A stretch of 64,000 nucleotides of DNA from Thermoanaerobaculia bacterium (GCA_963816185.1 CAWFJJ010000025.1:1-64000), one strand, 5' to 3'. Positions 28,349 through 37,825 are shown, counted from the stretch's first letter. Notes: a model not told the origin generated them from the sequence alone. Translations and numbers: made by a program.

Positions 28349-29854
28349 TCAGCGGATGGTCGCCAGCTCGTAGAGATAGTCCACGAACGAGCGCACCGCG
28401 CCGTCGTAGCCGGACACCTTCGGGTTCGAGGACTCGATCACGTAGTACTCGTCCGGGGCGTGCGCGCCGCTTCCATGACCGAGACCGAAGTGGCCCGAGG
28501 CCAGCTTGAGCGGCTCGCCGGTGAACACGTAGCCGGGGTACGAGCCCGCGTTCCGCACCCACAGGAGCGGGTCCAGGCCGTCCCGCTTCAGGACAGCGAT
28601 CTGCGCGCGGATGAGGGGCGCGTCCGCGGACGTCTCCGTGGGGCCGTAGCCGCCGGAGACGTTGACCTCGATGTCGCCGAAGCCGCGCTTGGCGAGATGG
28701 GCCTTGAGGGCCGCGATCGCGCCGTCGAACGTCATGTCGGGGACGAGGCGCAGGTCGAGCTTCGCGACGGCCCTGTTCGGGAGCAGCGTCTTCCCGCCGG
28801 GTCCCGTGTAGCCGCCGACGAGACCCTCGATGTTAACGGTCGGCGAAAAGGCGAGGCGCTCGAGCGACTCGCGCCACGAGGCGTCGTGGATCCAGCGCGA
28901 GGCGCCGAGCATTTTCTTCTGCGTGGCCTCGTCGAGGCGTTTCGCCGCGGCGTCGAGGAGAGCGGCCTGCGCGGGAGTCGGCGCCTTGGCGGCGGCGGCG
29001 AAGCCGTCGATCGCGGGATCGCCGTCGGCGTTCACGAGCGTCGCGAGGGCCTGCACGAGGTGGAAGGCCGGGCTGTCGAGGCGCGCGCGATTCGCGGAGT
29101 GGACGTCCTTCGTCGGGCCGCGGCCCCACCTGGCGCCGCTCGAGACGAGCTCGCATTCGACGACGCCCTTGGCTCCGAGAGAGACCGTGACCGAACCGTC
29201 GGGATCCTGGCTCGCGGACGGCATGAAGACGCCCACCGTCTTCCCGAGCGCGGCCAGGACCTCGGGTTTCCGCACGATCTCGGGAATGTGCGGCGAGCCG
29301 ATCTCCTCCTCGCCCTCGGCGACGAGGGCGAGGTTCACGGGGAGCTTGACCCCAGCGCCCTTGAACGCGTGGAGCGTCGCGAGGAACGCGGACTCGGGCC
29401 CTTTCTGGTTCACCGCACCGCGGCCCACGATCACCTTACCGAAGCCCGGTTTGTCGACGAGCGCCGCGTCGAACGGCGGCGACGACCACTCGGCGGGATC
29501 GGCCTGCTTCACGTCGTACATGAAGTAGACGCCTACGGTGCGCCTAGCGCCCGCATCGAGCGTCGCGAAGACGCCCGGCTTGCCGCTCGTGTCGGCGCGA
29601 TCGGCTCTCTGAAACCCGGCGTCCTTCAGGAGCCGGATCATCAGCGCGCAGCCCTCGTTCACGCCGCGGTTCTCGGCGGCGATCGAGGGGACCCGGATCC
29701 AGTCCTGCAGGCGTTTGAGGGCTTCGCCGTGGCGCTTCTCGATCTCCGCGTAAACGCGCGCGCGATCGCCGGCGGCGAAGGCGAAACGGGGAAGGGACGA
29801 GATGGCGGCCGTGGCAGCGGCCGCGCCGAGGAGGTCGCGTCGGTTCATCGACAT
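28349..29854 (-). CDS. M20/M25/M40 family metallohydrolase with Tat signal
   Basis: NRRDLL Tat motif; MYDV, GRGAVNQKG, EGEEEIGS, AHAPDE. Confidence 0.88.
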   Translation of the reverse strand: MSMNRRDLLGAAAATAAISSLPRFAFAAGDRARVYAEIEKRHGEALKRLQDWIRVPSIAAENRGVNEGCALMIRLLKDAGFQRADRADTSGKPGVFATLDAGARRTVGVYFMYDVKQADPAEWSSPPFDAALVDKPGFGKVIVGRGAVNQKGPESAFLATLHAFKGAGVKLPVNLALVAEGEEEIGSPHIPEIVRKPEVLAALGKTVGVFMPSASQDPDGSVTVSLGAKGVVECELVSSGARWGRGPTKDVHSANRARLDSPAFHLVQALATLVNADGDPAIDGFAAAAKAPTPAQAALLDAAAKRLDEATQKKMLGASRWIHDASWRESLERLAFSPTVNIEGLVGGYTGPGGKTLLPNRAVAKLDLRLVPDMTFDGAIAALKAHLAKRGFGDIEVNVSGGYGPTETSADAPLIRAQIAVLKRDGLDPLLWVRNAGSYPGYVFTGEPLKLASGHFGLGHGSGAHAPDEYYVIESSNPKVSGYDGAVRSFVDYLYELATIR

Positions 29855-29954
29855 GGCGCGAAGTCTACTTCGTCCGCGTAGAATCAGCCGTCTTCCGAAC
29901 GAACAGGCGCGCTCTCGTCCAGTGCGGCCTCAGTGAAGCGGTAGAAAAGCGGGA

Positions 29955-32834
29955 ATGATCGGGACCTCTCTCTCCCATTACCGCATCCTCGAGAAGATCG
30001 GGGAGGGGGGCATGGGCGTCGTCTACCGCGCTCTCGATACCCGCCTAGATCGGACGGTCGCCGTCAAGGTGCTCAGGGCGGATGCCGTCGGCGACCCCGA
30101 GCGCAAGTGGCGCTTTGCCCGCGAGGCGAAGGCCGCCTCAGCTCTGAATCACCCGCACATCGTCACGATCCACGACATCGATTCCGACCGGGGGATCGAT
30201 TTCATCGTGATGGAGTATGTCGAGGGGACTCCGCTCGATCGCTCGATCCCGAAGGGGGGCCTGCCGGTCCGGGAGGCGGTCGATTTCGGCGACCAGATCG
30301 CCTCGGCGCTGGGCGCTGCCCATGCAGCCGGCATCATCCATCGCGACGTGAAGCCGGCCAACGTGATCGTCGGGCGGGGCGGCCGCGTCAAGGTTCTCGA
30401 TTTCGGGCTTGCCAAGCTCGTCGAACGGGACGCCGTCGGGGTGCTCGTGACCTCCGACTCGACCGCAACGGCCGCGTCCGTCGTGGAGCGAACGCGGCAA
30501 GGGGCGATCCTGGGCACGGTCTCGTACATGTCGCCGGAGCAGGCGGAAGGAAGACCGGTGGACGCGCGCTCCGACGTCTTCTCTCTCGGCGCCGTGCTCT
30601 ACGAGCTGCTCGCCGGCCGCCGGCCGTTCGAGGGGGACTCTTACCTCCGGACGCTGACGGCGATCCTCCGCGACGTTCCTCCGCCGCTCAGGACGGTACG
30701 GCCGGAAGTTCCGGTGAGGCTCGAGCGAATCGTGAGCCGCTGTCTCGAGAAGAAGCCCGAGGACCGCTTCTCCTCCGCGGGCGATGTGGAGAAGGAGCTC
30801 GCGGAGCTGAAGGGCGCTGCGCCAGCGCCGCCTGTGCGTTCGCTTGTCCGAAGGCCGAGGGTCCTCGTTCCCGCAATCTGTCTTCTTCTCCTCGCGGGCG
30901 GTGTCGCAGCCTGGCGGATCGCACGAACCTCCCGCCTGCGGCACGCGCGTGACGTGACGCTGCCTGAGATCTCGCGGCTCGTCGAGCAGGAGAAATTCGG
31001 CGATGCCATTCGTCTGGCCCGTCAAACGGAGCGCGACGTCCCCGAGGACGTCGCGAGGTTCCGCCGCGAGAACTGGATCGCGTTCTCGATAAAGACCGAT
31101 CCTCCGGGAGCGGACGTCTCGTTGAAGCACTATCTCGACGTGTCTTCCAACTGGATTCCCGCGGGGAAGACGCCCGTCGAGATCCGCCTGCCGCTCGCCT
31201 ACTACCGGTGGAAGATCGAGCTGACAGGTTTCCAGGCCGTGGAGGCGACGACGCTTTCCACGGCGGTCACGCTTCGACTGGACCCCGAATCGGCAGTACC
31301 GGCCGGCATGGTGCGCGTCCCGGGCGGAAGCTTCACGCTGAGCAGCCTGAGCCCCGTCACCCTGGACGACTTCTGGCTGGACAAATACGAGGTGACGAAC
31401 CGCCAGTACAAGGAGTTCGTGGATGCCGGCGGATACACCAAGCGCGAGTACTGGAAGCAGCCGTTCGTCCGCGGAGGGCGGGCGATTCCGTTCGAAGAAG
31501 CCGTCGCGCGGTTCCGCGACGTCACAGGCCGGCCGGGTCCCGCCACCTGCGAGCTCGGGAGCTTCCCGGAAGGACGAGAGAACGTCCCCGTGGACGGCGT
31601 GAGCTGGTACGAGGCAGCCGCCTATGCGGAGTTCGCCGGCAAGAGCCTTCCGACGGTGTACCACTGGTACAAGGCCGCCGGCATCGATATCTTCTCGGAG
31701 ATCCTGCGCCTGTCCAACTTCAGCGGGAAGGGTCCGGCGTCCGCCGGGACCTATCAGGGATTGAGCCCGTTCGGGAACTACGACATGGCCGGGAACGTCA
31801 AGGAATGGTGCTGGAACGAGACCGCCGCGCGCCGCTACATCCTCGGCGGCTCCTCGACCGAGTCGAACTACATGTTCCGCGAGCCGGATGCGCAAGACCC
31901 GTTCGACCGGTCGGCCGGGTACGGTTTCCGCTGCGCCCGGTACGCCAATCCGCCTTCGGACACCCTCCTGGCCTCCATCGCCGCCATGTCCCGCGATTAC
32001 AGCAAGGAGAAGCCGGTCTCCGACGACGTGTTCCGGGCGTACAGGAGCCTGTACGCGTACGACCGGACCCCTCTCGAGGCCAGGACGGAAGGCCCGGAGG
32101 AGACGTTCCCCTACTGGCGCAGGCAGAAGGTCAGCTTCCTGGCCGCTTACGGCAACGAGAGGGTCCCCGCCTTCCTCTTCCTGCCGAGGAACGCCCGGCC
32201 CCCGTACGAGACGGTCGTCTTTTTCCCGAGCACCCAGGCGGTGAACACCCGATCAAGCGCGGACATGGACATGGGCACCATCTCTTTCGTCATCCGGAGC
32301 GGCCGCGCGCTTTGCTATCCGGTCTACAAGGACACGTACGAACGGCACGTCGAGAGGGCCGACTCGGGTCCGAACTTTCGTCGCGATCTCGTCATCCAAT
32401 GGTCGAAGGACCTCGGGCGGGCGCTCGACTACCTGGAGACCCGGCCGGACGTCGACCGCACTCGTTTTGCCTACTACGGCGTGAGCCTTGGCGCGATCGA
32501 CGGCGTCAACCTCGTCGCCGTCGAGGACCGCTTCAAAGCCGTGGTGTTCCTGTCGGGAGGATTTCGCCTAATCCATGTGCCGCCGGAGGTCGAACCCATC
32601 AACTTCGCTCCGCGCGTCCACATCCCGGTCCTCCTCGTCACGGGCCGCTACGATTTCTCGCACCCGTACGAATCGGCGCAGCTTCCGATGTTCCGGCTTC
32701 TCGGGACTCCGGAGAAGGACAAACGCCACTACGTTTTCGAAGGCGGGCATATCGCGCCGAGGACCCCGGCGATCATCAAGGAGATCCTCGATTGGCTGGA
32801 CAAGTACCTGGGGCCGGTTCAAGGGGCGAATTGA
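29955..32834 (+). CDS. Ser/Thr kinase - TM - FGE-sulfatase domain - alpha/beta hydrolase
   Basis: GEGGMG, VAVK, HRDVKPAN, DFG, YMSPEQ; EVTN, VSWYEA, DMAGNVKEW, GFRC; GVSLG/GRYD/GGH triad. Confidence 0.9.
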   Translation: MIGTSLSHYRILEKIGEGGMGVVYRALDTRLDRTVAVKVLRADAVGDPERKWRFAREAKAASALNHPHIVTIHDIDSDRGIDFIVMEYVEGTPLDRSIPKGGLPVREAVDFGDQIASALGAAHAAGIIHRDVKPANVIVGRGGRVKVLDFGLAKLVERDAVGVLVTSDSTATAASVVERTRQGAILGTVSYMSPEQAEGRPVDARSDVFSLGAVLYELLAGRRPFEGDSYLRTLTAILRDVPPPLRTVRPEVPVRLERIVSRCLEKKPEDRFSSAGDVEKELAELKGAAPAPPVRSLVRRPRVLVPAICLLLLAGGVAAWRIARTSRLRHARDVTLPEISRLVEQEKFGDAIRLARQTERDVPEDVARFRRENWIAFSIKTDPPGADVSLKHYLDVSSNWIPAGKTPVEIRLPLAYYRWKIELTGFQAVEATTLSTAVTLRLDPESAVPAGMVRVPGGSFTLSSLSPVTLDDFWLDKYEVTNRQYKEFVDAGGYTKREYWKQPFVRGGRAIPFEEAVARFRDVTGRPGPATCELGSFPEGRENVPVDGVSWYEAAAYAEFAGKSLPTVYHWYKAAGIDIFSEILRLSNFSGKGPASAGTYQGLSPFGNYDMAGNVKEWCWNETAARRYILGGSSTESNYMFREPDAQDPFDRSAGYGFRCARYANPPSDTLLASIAAMSRDYSKEKPVSDDVFRAYRSLYAYDRTPLEARTEGPEETFPYWRRQKVSFLAAYGNERVPAFLFLPRNARPPYETVVFFPSTQAVNTRSSADMDMGTISFVIRSGRALCYPVYKDTYERHVERADSGPNFRRDLVIQWSKDLGRALDYLETRPDVDRTRFAYYGVSLGAIDGVNLVAVEDRFKAVVFLSGGFRLIHVPPEVEPINFAPRVHIPVLLVTGRYDFSHPYESAQLPMFRLLGTPEKDKRHYVFEGGHIAPRTPAIIKEILDWLDKYLGPVQGAN

Positions 32835-32850
32835 GTCCACAGATGGCGCG

Positions 32851-33021
32851 TCACGGCGCTGGTCTCCACGTGAAGTGCCGGACCGGATAGTGACGGACGC
32901 GTCCATCGGAGGCCTCGAAGACTGCGACGATGTCGTGCTCGCCCTCTTCTCCCTCGAGAAAGGGGAAGAGCGCTTCGTAGCCGGCCGTCGAGCAGTCGAC
33001 AAGCGAGGGCACGACCTGGAC
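32851..33021 (-). pseudogene. Orphan 3' fragment of a third GT-C paralogue
   Basis: Translates VQVVPSLVDCSTAGYEALFPFLEGEEGEHDIVAVFEASDGRVRHYPVRHFTWRPAP*, homologous to the C-termini of the genes ending at 23499 and 25541. Confidence 0.8.
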
Positions 33022-33057
33022 GTTTCCGTCGAAGATTCGCCGTCCGAATCCTGAGAC

Positions 33058-33081
33058 GCAAGATCAGGGAATTGATCTTGC
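33058..33081. promoter_or_regulatory. Operator-like palindrome upstream of the tlpA-DUF3570-apbE operon
   Basis: GCAAGATCA-GGGAAT-TGATCTTGC, perfect 9-bp arms. Confidence 0.5.
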
Positions 33082-33112
33082 AAGGTGCGGGCGCCTGAGA
33101 GGAGACGTCGCC

Positions 33113-33802
33113 TTGAAACGGCTTTGCATCGTCGTTATCGCTCTCGGTGTCTTCGCCGGCCCGGTTCGAGGCGCCGAACAGGCTCCTGCCGTGAGGCTGC
33201 GCCTGATGAACGAGACCCCGTTCTCGCTCGAGGCTCTCAAGGGAAACGTCGTCGTTCTCGACTTCTGGGCGCCGTGGTGCGTCCCCTGCCGGACCAGCTT
33301 CCCGGCGCTCGACGCCCTGCAGAAGAAGTACGAAAAACAGGGGCTGCGTGTCCTCGGCCTCACGCTCGACGAGAACGACGACGCGATCATCGCGTTCCTG
33401 AACGCGGTGCCGGTGGACTTCACGATCCTGAGGGACGCGTCCGGACAGGCCGGCGAGGCCTTCAACGTCGTCGCGATGCCGACGACGTTCGTCCTCGACC
33501 GGCGGGGCCGCGTCGCGGCGCGCTTTGAGGGCGGCGGCGCGGCCGTGCACGCGAAGGTGGAGGCCGCGGTCGTGACGCTCCTCGCGGGCGGGACACTCGG
33601 CGCGGACGCAGGCGTCCACGTCGCCCCTTCCGTCCAGGCGACCGGCGGCGTCAAGGCGTGGCAGCGCGGCTACCTCGCCGACCCGATCATGAATCTCGAC
33701 GGCGACAGGATCACGCAGGTCTTGCGCGAGCACATCCACGCGAGCAAGGAAGGGGCGGCCGGCAGCGGCGGCGCGGCGGGAGGCGGCTGTGGCTGCAACT
33801 GA
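33113..33802 (+). CDS. TlpA-like thioredoxin fused to DUF4266
   Basis: Signal peptide, DFWAPWCVPC, MPTT; C-terminal WQRGYLADPIM...SKEG...GGGCGCN. Confidence 0.85.
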   Translation: MKRLCIVVIALGVFAGPVRGAEQAPAVRLRLMNETPFSLEALKGNVVVLDFWAPWCVPCRTSFPALDALQKKYEKQGLRVLGLTLDENDDAIIAFLNAVPVDFTILRDASGQAGEAFNVVAMPTTFVLDRRGRVAARFEGGGAAVHAKVEAAVVTLLAGGTLGADAGVHVAPSVQATGGVKAWQRGYLADPIMNLDGDRITQVLREHIHASKEGAAGSGGAAGGGCGCN

Positions 33803-35027
33803 GCGCGCCCTTCGCCGGGCTTGTCGCCGTGCACGGCGTCGCGCCCGAAAGGTCTCTCGCCGCCCCTCTCTCCCGCTCCTCGCGGCAGGCGCCGGGGCGC
33901 TCGCGGCGCACGGAGCACAGGCGCAGTCGCAGATCGACGCGCGGCTGCTCTTCTACAAGGAGTCGGGCGGCAGGACGCAGGTCATCAACCCGTTTGTCAA
34001 CGTCCACGAGGACCTCGGCGACGCGTGGGGGGCGGTCGACCTCCTCCTCGGCTACGACACGATCTCGGGCGCGTCGCCGACGGGCGGCTATCCGTCCGTG
34101 GACGTCACGACGTCCGCTTCGGGCCACCAGGTTGCCGCCGGCAGCATTCCGCTCTCCTCGTACAAGGACCAGCGCAAGTCGGTCGACCTCGCCTGGGGTC
34201 GGAAATTCGGATCGCAGCTGCCCTCGATCGACGTGTCGTACTCGAAAGAGAACGACTACACGGCTCGGAGCTTCGGCCTCTCGGACGCGTGGACGTTCGC
34301 GGGCGGGCGCGGCACACTGCACGGCGGCGTGTCCTTCGCGAGCGACATCGTCGCTCCCGTCACGAACAGCCTCGAACTGCCGAAGAAAGAGCAGGGCTAC
34401 GCGCTCGGCTTCACGTGGATCCTCGACGAGCGCAACCTCTTCGACCTCTCGGCCTCGCTCATGAAGCTCTCCGGCTATCTCGACGATCCCTACAAGATCG
34501 TGCCCGTCGGGACGCCGGGCAACTTCGTCGAAATCCCGGACCACCGCCCCGACAGCCGCCAGCGCCGGGCGATCGTCGGGAAGTACGGTCACTACTACCT
34601 CTGGGGTGGCGCGCTCAAGGCGACGTACCGCTATTACTGGGACGACTGGTCGGTGAAGGCCCACACGCTCGAGCTCGTGTACGACCACCGCCTAACCGAG
34701 GACTGGCTCGTCTCGCCGACGGTGCGCCTCTACACGCAGACGGCCGCGTCCTTCTGGGGCAACACGTTCCCAGCCAAGCAGGAGTTCATGTCGGCGGATT
34801 ACCGCCTCGCGGCGTTTTCGAGCATCCTCGGCGGCCTCGCGGTCACACACAAGATGAGCGAGGCCGTCGACGTGAACCTCGGCTTCTCCGTCCAGTCCCA
34901 GTCGGGCAGGGACTCGATCACGGTCTCGAAGCCCGCGACGGCGGGGAGCCCCGCGGGCTCGGCGACGGTCTCGGCCGCGGACCTCTCCGTCGTGATGATC
35001 ACCGCCGGGTTCACGTGGCGCTACTGA
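33789..35027 (+). CDS. DUF3570 outer-membrane beta-barrel-like protein
   Basis: GTG start inside the GCGCN codons (MAAT); SKENDY, GYLDDPY, PD.R, YRYYWDDW, SADYRL; aromatic C-terminus. Confidence 0.85.
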   Translation: MAATERALRRACRRARRRARKVSRRPSLPLLAAGAGALAAHGAQAQSQIDARLLFYKESGGRTQVINPFVNVHEDLGDAWGAVDLLLGYDTISGASPTGGYPSVDVTTSASGHQVAAGSIPLSSYKDQRKSVDLAWGRKFGSQLPSIDVSYSKENDYTARSFGLSDAWTFAGGRGTLHGGVSFASDIVAPVTNSLELPKKEQGYALGFTWILDERNLFDLSASLMKLSGYLDDPYKIVPVGTPGNFVEIPDHRPDSRQRRAIVGKYGHYYLWGGALKATYRYYWDDWSVKAHTLELVYDHRLTEDWLVSPTVRLYTQTAASFWGNTFPAKQEFMSADYRLAAFSSILGGLAVTHKMSEAVDVNLGFSVQSQSGRDSITVSKPATAGSPAGSATVSAADLSVVMITAGFTWRY

Positions 35028-36040
35028 GCGACGGCGACCCCGCCCTCTACACGACGCGCTTCGCCCTCATGGGTGGGCGGGCCGTCGTGCGCTTCGTCGA
35101 CCGCCGGGGACGCGCGGCCGCCGAGGAGCTTGCTCGGGCCGTCGAGGGCGAGGCCCTCCGCGTCGAGGTGAAGTTCTCCCGCTTCCGCGAGACGAGCGTG
35201 GTCTCGGCGATCAACCGCGACGCCGGGCGCACCCCCGTCGCCGTGGACGCCGAGACGGACTTTCTCGTCGGCGCGGCCCTGGACCTCTGGAGGGAGTCGG
35301 GCGGCCGGTTCGACCCGACGGTCGGAGTCCTCCGGAAAGCGTGGGACTTCAAGTCGCAGTACGTGCCCTCTCCGGAGAAGGTCGCGGCGCTCCTGCCGCT
35401 CGTGTCGGGTGCAGCCGTGTCCCGGCGTGACGGAACCGTCTTCCTGCGCAAGCCGGGCATGGAGATCGACCTCGGCGGCGTCGGCAAGGAGTACGCCGTG
35501 GACCGCGCGGCCGACGTGCTGCGCGAGGCCGGTGTCTCGTCCGCGTTCGTCGAGTTCGCCGGCGACGTGAGGACCGTGGGGAGCCGGGGCGACGGGCGGC
35601 CGTGGCGCGTGGGGATCGCGCACCCGCGCCGCGAGGGCAAGATCGCGTTCGCGCTGAACGTCCGGGGAGATGCGGGCATCGCGACGTCCGGCGACTACGA
35701 ACGCGGCTTCGTGAAGGACGGCGTGCGCTACCACCACATCCTCGACGCGACGACGGGCTGGCCCGCGCGCGGCGTCGCGTCGGCCACGGCCGTCGCGCAA
35801 ACGGCCTTCGAGGCGGGGCGCTACACGACGCTCGCGATGCTCTTCGGCCCCGACGCGGGCTTCGACCTCCTCGAGCGATCCCCGGGCGTCGAGGGCGCGC
35901 TCATCACGGACACGGGCGAAGTCCGCGCGACGACGGGCCTCGCCCGCCTCGCGAGCCTGCCGGCGGCCGCGTTTCCGGTGCTGCAGCGTTTACGCCGAGA
36001 GCGGCCGGCGTCCCCCGCGACGCACGCGCGTGCTGTCTGA
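35024..36040 (+). CDS. apbE: FAD:protein FMN transferase (start CTG 35024 or ATG 35069)
   Basis: MGG, FDPTVG, IDLGGVGKEYAVD, ATSGDYER, YHHILD; no signal peptide or lipobox. Confidence 0.9.
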   Translation: MSDGDPALYTTRFALMGGRAVVRFVDRRGRAAAEELARAVEGEALRVEVKFSRFRETSVVSAINRDAGRTPVAVDAETDFLVGAALDLWRESGGRFDPTVGVLRKAWDFKSQYVPSPEKVAALLPLVSGAAVSRRDGTVFLRKPGMEIDLGGVGKEYAVDRAADVLREAGVSSAFVEFAGDVRTVGSRGDGRPWRVGIAHPRREGKIAFALNVRGDAGIATSGDYERGFVKDGVRYHHILDATTGWPARGVASATAVAQTAFEAGRYTTLAMLFGPDAGFDLLERSPGVEGALITDTGEVRATTGLARLASLPAAAFPVLQRLRRERPASPATHARAV

Positions 36041-36170
36041 GCGAAGCGAGTTCACGCGCGAAGGAGTGGGGGATGCCGGCGCTCGCAGGCATTCGCCTCG
36101 GGGACACGCGCGTGCGTCGGAAGGCATCCCGCCTCGGGATCGCGCTGGCGCGGGGGATGCCGGTGCCCGT
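36039..36170. repeat. REP-like intergenic element
   Basis: GAGCGAAGCGAG; GGGGGATGCCGG at 36068 and 36152 with inverted GGCATCCC at 36123. Confidence 0.4.
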
Positions 36171-36175
36171 GGGCG

Positions 36176-37753
36176 CTAACCGCGGCTGCGCATCAGGTTG
36201 AACTTCGCGAGCTCGGCGTAGGTGACCGTCGAGTCGAGGTCCTCGCGCGCGATGCGGAGGTTCTGGACGAGGCCCTCGAGGACGAGCTCCATGAGGAACG
36301 CGCGCTCGAAATGGTCGCGCGGCTTCGCGTGCTTGAGCACGAAGTCCGAGAGGCCCTTCACCGATTCCAGCGTCTTCAGGTGCTCGGAGAACGGCGTGTC
36401 GTCGGAGAGGATGATCTTCTTGTCGCCGGCGAACGCTCCGACGATGTCATCGTAGGGGCCGGGGGGCGCGGTCGCGCCTGCCGCCGTCCGGCGGTCTTCG
36501 GCGCGCTCGAGGGTCGTCGGGCCGCTCAGGTCGTCCTCGTCCAGCTCGCCGCTGCGCGGCCGGCGCCTGCTCTCCGAGCGCGCGCGCGGACCTTCCACGG
36601 GCGGGAACTTCGCCTCGAAGAGCGCCTTCACGGCGTCGCCGATGAGCTTCTTGGCGACGATCTCCGCGCCCTGCTGCTCGCCCTCGAACACCATCTCGAC
36701 CTTTCCCGTGATCGCCGGCAGCGTCGCGAAGAAATCCACGAGGCGCGGCGCGACGACGCTCTCGCCCGTCTTGAGCGCGCGACGCTCGAGATTCGAGACG
36801 AGCAGCTCGCGCGCCGCGATCGCGAGGCGCGCCGACACGCCCGAGGACTGATCCACGAGCTCGCTCCGGCGCGCCACGAACGCAATCTCCTCGACCAGGA
36901 GCTTGACCTCGTCTCCGAGAAGAACCGTCACGCCGTGCGTCTCGCGATCGGTCCATGATTCCTGGTCCGTGATGGCCGAGGCCGTCTTCGAGTCGGCCGG
37001 ATAGTGCGTGAGGATCTGGGAGGCGATGCGGTCCTTGAGCGGCGTGATGATGTTGCCGCGGTTCGTGTAGTCCTCGGGGTTCGCGGAGAAGACCATGAGG
37101 ATGTCGAGCGGGATGCGGAGGGGGAAGCCGCGGATCTGCAGGTCGCGCTCCTCGAGAATGTTCAGGAGGCCGACCTGGATGCGCGGCTGCAGGTCCGGGA
37201 GCTCGTTGATCGCGAAGATGCCGCGGTTCGTGCGCGGCACGATGCCGTAGTGGATGACGTCCTCGTCGGCGAACGTCTTCCGGAGCGTGGCGGCCTTCAC
37301 GGGGTCGACGTCGCCGATGAGGTCGGCGATCGTGACGTCCGGCGTCGCGAGCTTTTCTCGGTAGCGGGCCTCGCGCGGGAGCCAGGCGACGGGCATGTCT
37401 TTTCCGGCGCTCGCGGCCATGCGGCGGCCGAAGGCGGTGAACGGGGCGAAGGGCGACTCGTTCAGCTCCGAGCCCACGATGACAGGGATCTCCTCGTCGA
37501 GGAGGTTCACGAGCGAGCGCAGGATGCGCGTCTTCGCCTGGCCGCGCAGGCCGAGGAGGATGATGTCGTGCCGCGCGAGGATCGCGTTCTGGAGCGCGGG
37601 GATGACGGTCTTCTCGTAGCCGAGGATTCCGGGGAAGACGTTTTCCCCTTTTTTCAGCTTCGCGATGAGGTTGTCACGCACCTCGATCTTGACGGTCTTC
37701 GGCCCGAAGCCTGCTGCGATCAGCTCGCCGAGAGTCGTGGGGCGTTCCGGCAT
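36176..37753 (-). CDS. Magnesium-chelatase-like AAA+ ATPase
   Basis: GLRGQAKT, EKLATPD, INELPDL, ANPEDYTNRG, PLKDR, GVSAR. Confidence 0.88.
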   Translation of the reverse strand: MPERPTTLGELIAAGFGPKTVKIEVRDNLIAKLKKGENVFPGILGYEKTVIPALQNAILARHDIILLGLRGQAKTRILRSLVNLLDEEIPVIVGSELNESPFAPFTAFGRRMAASAGKDMPVAWLPREARYREKLATPDVTIADLIGDVDPVKAATLRKTFADEDVIHYGIVPRTNRGIFAINELPDLQPRIQVGLLNILEERDLQIRGFPLRIPLDILMVFSANPEDYTNRGNIITPLKDRIASQILTHYPADSKTASAITDQESWTDRETHGVTVLLGDEVKLLVEEIAFVARRSELVDQSSGVSARLAIAARELLVSNLERRALKTGESVVAPRLVDFFATLPAITGKVEMVFEGEQQGAEIVAKKLIGDAVKALFEAKFPPVEGPRARSESRRRPRSGELDEDDLSGPTTLERAEDRRTAAGATAPPGPYDDIVGAFAGDKKIILSDDTPFSEHLKTLESVKGLSDFVLKHAKPRDHFERAFLMELVLEGLVQNLRIAREDLDSTVTYAELAKFNLMRSRG

Positions 37754-37806
37754 GTTGCTCCTGAGGAAGATTACGCGTCGGGCGTTTCGCCCGAGCGGGT
37801 TTCCGG

Positions 37807-37825
37807 GGTGACCGCCCGGGTCACC
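37807..37825 (-). promoter_or_regulatory. Candidate bacterial SECIS hairpin
   Basis: GGUGACC-CGGGC-GGUCACC starting 13 nt after the UGA at 37841-37839. Confidence 0.6.

Noticed and set aside
33800-33802. TGA after GCGCN as selenocysteine
   Set aside because: GCGCN is the normal DUF4266 terminus and the downstream sequence is the DUF3570 coding start
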